From Acidobacteriota bacterium (GTDB taxonomy: Bacteria > Acidobacteriota > Vicinamibacteria > Fen-336): DNA of 39,466 nt. A program made the translations under genes and the position numbers. Numbering within the stretch: position 1 is the stretch's first letter; every line of letters starts with the position of its first letter. The notes under the pieces were generated by a model. The model did no database searches. It worked only from the letters and a program-made list of their open reading frames with translations, and was not told the origin of the DNA. This document shows positions 34,814-39,466 of this stretch, piece after piece. Where the stretch lies: assembly GCA_046726955.1 (NCBI GenBank), contig JBKPBQ010000575.1:1-39466 (forward strand). The letters run 5' to 3'.

Positions 34814-35238
34814 GCGTCGATCGAGAAGCGGCCGGGTCCGAGGAGGGCCACGGCCACCATGATCAGGAGGTAGGCGACGGCGAGCTCGGGGTTGCCCCAC
34901 CCCTTGAGCGTCTCCTCGGGGACGGGGGCCATCCCGAGAGAGGAGAGGAGCTGGCTCAACGCGTGGTGTGGCCCGAGCGCGGCCACGACCATGGTGAAGG
35001 CGGCGAACGCCGCCGCCCACGGCGTGAGGAGGCCGAGCGCGACGAGGAGGCCGCCCGCGAACTCGGAGAGCGCGGCCGCCCACGCGAAGACGATCGGGAC
35101 GGGGAAGCCCATCTCCGCGACGCCCTGCAGGAATCGGCCTTGCCCCGTGGCGAGGCCCACGACCTTTCCGTAGCCGTGAGCGACGGCCAGGTACAGCCCG
35201 GCGATCCGCAGGGCGAGAAGCCCGATATCCCGTGCCAT
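34783..35238 (-). CDS. DoxX-family membrane protein
   Basis: Track ORF of 151 aa with four hydrophobic helices: LLALRIAGLYLAVAHGYGKV, FAWAAALSEFAGGLLVALGLLTPWAAAFAAF. Confidence 0.8.
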   Translation of the reverse strand: MARDIGLLALRIAGLYLAVAHGYGKVVGLATGQGRFLQGVAEMGFPVPIVFAWAAALSEFAGGLLVALGLLTPWAAAFAAFTMVVAALGPHHALSQLLSSLGMAPVPEETLKGWGNPELAVAYLLIMVAVALLGPGRFSIDAWRATRKQGP

Positions 35239-35247
35239 GGGCCCGAG

Positions 35248-35253
35248 ACTCTA
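35248..35253 (-). promoter_or_regulatory. -10 hexamer TAGAGT, 9 nt upstream of the doxX ATG (leaderless candidate)
   Basis: Reverse complement of actcta. The gap ctcgggccc has no SD. Confidence 0.4.
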
Positions 35254-35283
35254 TCGATTTAGGGGCCGCGGCGCTACCCAGAT

Positions 35284-35289
35284 TAGACT
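35284..35289 (+). promoter_or_regulatory. -10 hexamer TAGACT, 8 nt upstream of ATG 35298 (leaderless candidate)
   Basis: gatTAGACTctgtcgcgATG, with no SD. Confidence 0.45.
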
Positions 35290-35297
35290 CTGTCGCG

Positions 35298-36584
35298 ATG
35301 CTCGAGGCCGTGCGGCGCACGCTCCCGCTGTGGGTCGCCCTCGGCGTCTTCGTCGTCGGGCTCCTCGTCGCCCCGCATGTCTACCACCAGTACGATGTCG
35401 TGGACTGCTTCCTGGCCTGGGCGCAGGCGACGGGCGGCGCCCGGCCCTCGGACGCCTACACGCCGGGCGCGGGCGCCGACGACTGCGACTACCCGCCGCT
35501 CGTGCCCTACTTCCTGGCGGCGACCGAGGGCGCGCGGCTCCTCGCGGGGGCGCCGCTCCTGAGCGCGCTCACGCTGCTGCTCCTCAAGCTTCCGAGCCTC
35601 GTGGCCCAGCTGCTCCTCGCCCCTACAGCGCTCGCCGGGCTCGGCGACGACCTCGCGGCCCGGCGGGCGGCGCTCTTCCTCGCCGCCTCGCCGGCGTTCT
35701 TCGTGAACGCCGCGCTCTGGGGACAGTTCGACGTGCTGCTCACGCTCTTCCTGGTCGCCGCGCTCCTCGCGCTCCTCCGCGACCAGCCGATGCTCGCGGG
35801 CGCCGCCCTCGGCCTCGCTCTCGCCACGAAGCTCCTCGCGATCGTGCTCGTGCCCGTGCTCGTCCTCTACGCCTGGAAGCGCTTCGGTCCGCGCGACGTG
35901 CTGCGGGGGGCGGGGGCGGCTCTTCTCGTGATGGTCCTCCTCGCTATACCCCACGTCGTCGCGGGAAGGGGCGGGGCCGTCCTTCGCGCCTACACCGGAG
36001 CCGTCGGCTACTACCCCTACCGGACGGCGGAGGCCTACAACACCTGGTACCTCCTCGACCGGTACGACGTGCTCGTCCGGGGAATGAGCCCGCCCGAGGC
36101 CCGCCGCGACGACCGCGAGGTCTTCGGCCTCGTGACCTACCATCACCTCGGGCTCTTCGCCTTCGGCGTCGCCACCGGCTTCATCCTCGTGGCTCTCGGC
36201 CGGCGCGCGTCCCCGACGGCCCTGCTGTGGGCGGCGAGCCTCCAGCTCTTCGCCTTCTTCATGCTGCCGACGCAGGTCCACCAGCGCTACATCGTGCCCT
36301 TCGTGGCGGTGCTCGCGCTCCTCGCCCCCCTCTCCCGCCCCGCCCTCCTTCTCTTCGTCGGCGTCACGGTCACCGCCACGCTCAACCAGGGCCTGGACCT
36401 CGTCCGCGCTCTCCCCGCCGCGCCCATCGCCGGCGCGCTGGGCAAGGCAGACCTCCCGCTCGCCACCCGCGTCGCCCGCGACCTCGGCGCGGGCATCGCC
36501 GCGGTGAACCTCGTGCTCTTCGCCGCCGCGATCCGAACGTTCTACCGGGAGGTCGTGGCCGGGGAGGGTCCCGAGGGCGTGTGA
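35298..36584 (+). CDS. GT-C-fold polytopic membrane glycosyltransferase (ALG6/ALG8-like or DUF2029-like; family uncertain)
   Basis: The track ORF starts at 35232. ATG 35298 (MLEAVRRTLPLWVALGVFVVGLL) fits the promoter. An acidic first-loop motif DDCDYPPLVPYFL is followed by at least 10 hydrophobic helices. Also TAEAYNTWYLL and QVHQRYIVPF. Confidence 0.6.
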   Translation: MLEAVRRTLPLWVALGVFVVGLLVAPHVYHQYDVVDCFLAWAQATGGARPSDAYTPGAGADDCDYPPLVPYFLAATEGARLLAGAPLLSALTLLLLKLPSLVAQLLLAPTALAGLGDDLAARRAALFLAASPAFFVNAALWGQFDVLLTLFLVAALLALLRDQPMLAGAALGLALATKLLAIVLVPVLVLYAWKRFGPRDVLRGAGAALLVMVLLAIPHVVAGRGGAVLRAYTGAVGYYPYRTAEAYNTWYLLDRYDVLVRGMSPPEARRDDREVFGLVTYHHLGLFAFGVATGFILVALGRRASPTALLWAASLQLFAFFMLPTQVHQRYIVPFVAVLALLAPLSRPALLLFVGVTVTATLNQGLDLVRALPAAPIAGALGKADLPLATRVARDLGAGIAAVNLVLFAAAIRTFYREVVAGEGPEGV

Positions 36585-38764
36585 AGGTCCTCCGCGCGGC
36601 CCTCCTTCTCTCGCTTCTGCCCCTCGCGACGGGGGCTCTCGTCGTGACCTACCAGGACGCGAGCCTCACCCACTGGCCGGGCAAGGCCACGACGCGCGAC
36701 CAGCTGCGTGCGGGCACGTTCCCGTTCCTCCACCCGGGGGCGTCGTTCGGCCAGCCGCTCGCCGGCAACCCGAACTTCGGGGTCTTCTTCCCGGACACGC
36801 TGCTCCTCTTCGTTCTTCCCTTGCCCGTGGCCTTCGGCCTGCGCTTCGCGCTTCCTTTCGTCCTCGCCTTCGCGGGCGCGCGGCGGTGGGCCCGCGCCGA
36901 AGGCGTCTCGAGCGAGGGGGCGGAAGTGGCCGCGGTCGCGTTCGCGCTCTCGCCCGTCTTCGTCTCCACCTGGCGCTTCTACAACAGCGGGCTCGCCCTG
37001 GCGATCGCGCCGTGGGTCGTCGCCGCGGTGACCAGGATCGTGCGCGCCGAGGAGCCGCGACGGCGGCGCCGCGCGCTCGCGGAGGCCGGGATCTGGGGCG
37101 GGCTGGAGCTCCTGGCCGGCGAGCCCGTTGTCGCACTGCTGACGGCGCTCGTCGCCGGCCTTCGTGTGGTGCTCGCCCTTCGGGACAGGCGCCGCGCGTC
37201 CCTCCTCGTCGCCGTGGCGGGCGCAGGTCTTCTCGCGGTCGTTCTCGCCGCACCCCAGATCGCGGCGACGGCCCAGATCCTGCCCGACTCGAGCCGGGTG
37301 CGGGCGCCCTTTCCGTTCGTGACCGCGACCGGAACGTCCACGCATCCCGTGCGACTGCTGGAGCAGCTCCTGCCCTATCCGTACGGCCGGCCCGACCTGC
37401 GCGGGCGGCTGGGGTTCGACGGGCACGAGGTCTTCGACCACCACCAGCCGTATCTCTGGACGCTGCACCTCGGCCTGGGCGTGCTCGCGCTGCTCGTGCT
37501 CCATTCCCGACCCCGCGCGCGGGAAGAGTGGCCGTTCTTCCTCGCGGTGCTCGCCGCCGCCCTCCTCGCCCTCGGCCGCTACCTCCCGGCCGCGCGCGAG
37601 ATCTCGCCCCTGCTCTCGCTCGGCGGCCGCGTCCGGTTCCCGGTGAAGTGGTGGTACTTCTTGCTCCTGGCCGTCATTCCCCTCGTCGCTCGGTCCGCCG
37701 CCCGCTTCGCCGAGGGTGACAAACCGACGGCCGCGCGACGAGCGCTGGCCGGCGTGCTCGGACTCGCCGCGCTCGTCGCGCTCGCCAGTCGATGGCCGGC
37801 GACACTCCTCGCGGCCGCGGGGCCGCTCGTCGCGCTGGCCGTGCTCTTCCCGCTCCTGCTCGCCGGGACCGCTCCGCGAGCGCGCGCGCTCCTGCCCGCC
37901 GCCCTCGCCGCCGGCCTTCTCGTCTCCGACCTTCCGCTCTTCCTCACGTTCCTGGACCCCCCGCCCGCCGATCCTCCGCGCGCGGCCACGGGCCGCATCC
38001 TCGCCCGCCTCGATCTCCGCCCGCACCCCGAAGGGCCCGCGACGCATCCCGAGGGTACGACGCGCGCGTTCTACCGCCGCGCTCCCCCCGAGCTCTGGCC
38101 GCTCGTGGCCACGATCACCGGCGGCGGCTACGCCTTCGACGACGATCCCGACGGCGCCTATGCCGACGAGGACCGCGCGCTCCGAAAGCTGCTGGAAGAC
38201 CGAAGCTGGCCGGAGCGGGCGCCGGAGCTGCGCCTCGCCGGCGTCACGCACGTGCTCGCCGACGAGCCCGTGCCCTATCGGGAGGTCGCCGTCTTGAACG
38301 ACACGGAGGGTGTCCGTCTCTACGCGGTGGACCGGGCGATGCCGTCCGTGCGCTTCGCGACGCGCGTGCATCGGCGGGAGACGCTCGAGGAGACGGTCGT
38401 GCTGCACGCGACACCGGGCTACGACCCGTCAGCTGAAGTGGTCCTTCCGGGGACAGGCGAGACTACCGGCACGATCAACTCCGCGCGCGTCGAGACCATT
38501 CGCGAAACTCCCGACCAGCTGACCGTCCGTCTCGACGCACGCGGTACAGGCGTCCTCGTCTGGTCCCGCACCTTCTTCTCCGCCTGGCGCGCACGAGTGG
38601 ACGGAGCCTCAGTCGCCCCGCGGCGAGCGGATGGGCACTTGACCGGCGTTGCTGTCCCAGCGGGCGCCCACACGGTCGAGATCTCCTGGTCTCCGCTTCC
38701 GGTGCTCGCGGGAGGCGTCCTCGCCCTGCTCGGGCTCGCCGCGGTCGTGCTCCTGCGCCGCTGA
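36581..38764 (+). CDS. YfhO-like GT-C membrane protein
   Basis: This is the last 727 codons of track ORF 35237..38764. GTG 36581 sits in a GTGA overlap with the preceding stop. N-terminus VKVLRAALLLSLLPLATGAL. Motif GTFPFLHPGASFGQPLAGNPNFGVFFPD, then many TM helices. The C-terminal beta-rich part (LTVRLDARGTGVLVWSRTFFSAWRARVDG...HTVEISW) is followed by a terminal TM helix. Confidence 0.65.
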   Translation: MKVLRAALLLSLLPLATGALVVTYQDASLTHWPGKATTRDQLRAGTFPFLHPGASFGQPLAGNPNFGVFFPDTLLLFVLPLPVAFGLRFALPFVLAFAGARRWARAEGVSSEGAEVAAVAFALSPVFVSTWRFYNSGLALAIAPWVVAAVTRIVRAEEPRRRRRALAEAGIWGGLELLAGEPVVALLTALVAGLRVVLALRDRRRASLLVAVAGAGLLAVVLAAPQIAATAQILPDSSRVRAPFPFVTATGTSTHPVRLLEQLLPYPYGRPDLRGRLGFDGHEVFDHHQPYLWTLHLGLGVLALLVLHSRPRAREEWPFFLAVLAAALLALGRYLPAAREISPLLSLGGRVRFPVKWWYFLLLAVIPLVARSAARFAEGDKPTAARRALAGVLGLAALVALASRWPATLLAAAGPLVALAVLFPLLLAGTAPRARALLPAALAAGLLVSDLPLFLTFLDPPPADPPRAATGRILARLDLRPHPEGPATHPEGTTRAFYRRAPPELWPLVATITGGGYAFDDDPDGAYADEDRALRKLLEDRSWPERAPELRLAGVTHVLADEPVPYREVAVLNDTEGVRLYAVDRAMPSVRFATRVHRRETLEETVVLHATPGYDPSAEVVLPGTGETTGTINSARVETIRETPDQLTVRLDARGTGVLVWSRTFFSAWRARVDGASVAPRRADGHLTGVAVPAGAHTVEISWSPLPVLAGGVLALLGLAAVVLLRR

Positions 38765-38779
38765 CCGGGCGCCAGCACG

Positions 38780-39466
38780 TCACCGGCCGAGCACCTCCTG
38801 GAGCTGCTCCGGCGACACGTGGAAGAGAAGGTAGCTGTAGCCCACGTGGTCCACGGGCTCGAAGTTCTCGCGGAGCCAGCGGTAGCGCTCGGGATCGTAC
38901 ACGCCCGTGAGCTTGTTGGCGCCCACGAGCACCCATCCCGCCTGCGGCGTCTCCGGTTCCACCACGAGCGGCCGGTCCGGATGCGCGGCGGCGTAGCGCG
39001 CGATGTCGTACGAGCGGTCCTCCCAGTCGAGGTTCGAGTCGGCCAGGAAGCGCCACGCGTTCTTGCGCGAGCCCACGAGCTCGTTGAAGTACGACATGTA
39101 GTGGGGGTGGAAGGAGAGCGCGGAGACCGCGGCCCAGGCCGCGAGGACCGCGACGAGCCTCCGGTCGCCGTCGATCGCCCGCGCCACCCACAGGAACAGG
39201 AAGGCGAGCCCGGGCAGCAGGTAGCGGATGCCGAGCTGCGGCTGCACGAGCAGGCTGTAGAAGACGAGGAAGAGACCGAAGGGCAGCCAGGCCCAGGCGG
39301 CTCCCGCCCCCGGCGGGCGCGCGCGCGCGGCGACCGCGAGGAGGCCAAAGAAGGCGAGCGGGGTCTTGAGCAGCACCATGAGCGGAAACGCGTACCAGAC
39401 GCCTTCCGTGTCGAGACGGCCGAGGACGTAGTTGTTGCCGCGGCCGACGTCCGGCTGCTCCTGCAC
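38780..39466 (-). CDS. ArnT/PMT-like (GT39-type) membrane glycosyltransferase, C-terminal 228 codons (N-terminus beyond the right window edge)
   Basis: The track ORF is open to the window end, so its first M is an edge artefact (GTG). TM helices are followed by FLADSNLDWEDRSYDIARY and GWVLVGANKLTG, typical of the C-terminal part of this family. Confidence 0.6.
   Translation of the reverse strand: MQEQPDVGRGNNYVLGRLDTEGVWYAFPLMVLLKTPLAFFGLLAVAARARPPGAGAAWAWLPFGLFLVFYSLLVQPQLGIRYLLPGLAFLFLWVARAIDGDRRLVAVLAAWAAVSALSFHPHYMSYFNELVGSRKNAWRFLADSNLDWEDRSYDIARYAAAHPDRPLVVEPETPQAGWVLVGANKLTGVYDPERYRWLRENFEPVDHVGYSYLLFHVSPEQLQEVLGR

Noticed and set aside
35237-36580. N-terminal 448 codons of track ORF 35237..38764, which would make a 1175-aa protein
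   Set aside because: This part is Arg/Pro/Gly-rich nonsense overlapping the well-formed GT-C gene in another frame. The YfhO-like protein begins at GTG 36581.
1-39466. Scan for CRISPR arrays, tRNA/rRNA genes, IS elements, integrases, toxin-antitoxin pairs and long direct or inverted repeats
   Set aside because: Nothing was seen by eye. All gaps between called genes are 200 bp or shorter and are explained by promoters or hairpins. This was a visual scan only; tRNAscan, Infernal or ISfinder-type tools would be needed for certainty.

Overview
A 39.5-kb, very GC-rich bacterial chromosomal segment (roughly 70% GC by eye, not computed), densely coded on both strands. I call 28 protein-coding genes, two of them cut by the window edges. 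I found no rRNA, tRNA, CRISPR array, transposase, integrase or long repeat, so this looks like core chromosome rather than an accessory island. The gene content (an ADOP-type duplicated orphan MacB-like permease, a CarboxypepD_reg-type TonB-dependent receptor, several GT-C membrane glycosyltransferases) suggests Acidobacteriota or a similar lineage; that is inference only. Left to right: lptD (partial), a secreted HExxH metalloprotease and an orphan periplasmic binding protein. Next a REC-SpoIIAB-like kinase facing a soluble hybrid histidine kinase, then fabI, a GGDEF cyclase, ispH and an SDR. A phosphate module follows (phoB-phoR-DUF47-PiT) with a CstB-like persulfide dioxygenase-rhodanese. 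Then a TonB-dependent receptor and the ADOP permease. A polyphosphate hub comes next: a ppx-ppx-ppk1-DUF309 operon divergent from CHAD-sixA. Last are an amidohydrolase, a membrane-embedded spermidine-synthase-like protein, DoxX and three GT-C glycosyltransferases (the last partial). I did not find a clearly novel system. The items most worth a second look are: (1) the tightly coupled polyphosphate hub, which carries two members with no known polyP role (DUF309 and a SixA-like protein); (2) a REC-fused SpoIIAB/RsbW-type kinase paired with a hybrid kinase; (3) a 35-nt block shared by the 5' ends of two unrelated genes, with a third partial copy; (4) a consistent pattern of TANNNT -10 hexamers only 5-13 nt from start codons, suggesting widespread leaderless mRNAs; (5) a Pho-box-like 11-bp direct repeat and an 18-bp perfect palindrome in the phosphate module. 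Many very long ORFs in the track are antisense or read-through shadows typical of high-GC DNA and were rejected. All promoter, operator and terminator calls are hand-read predictions without experimental support.
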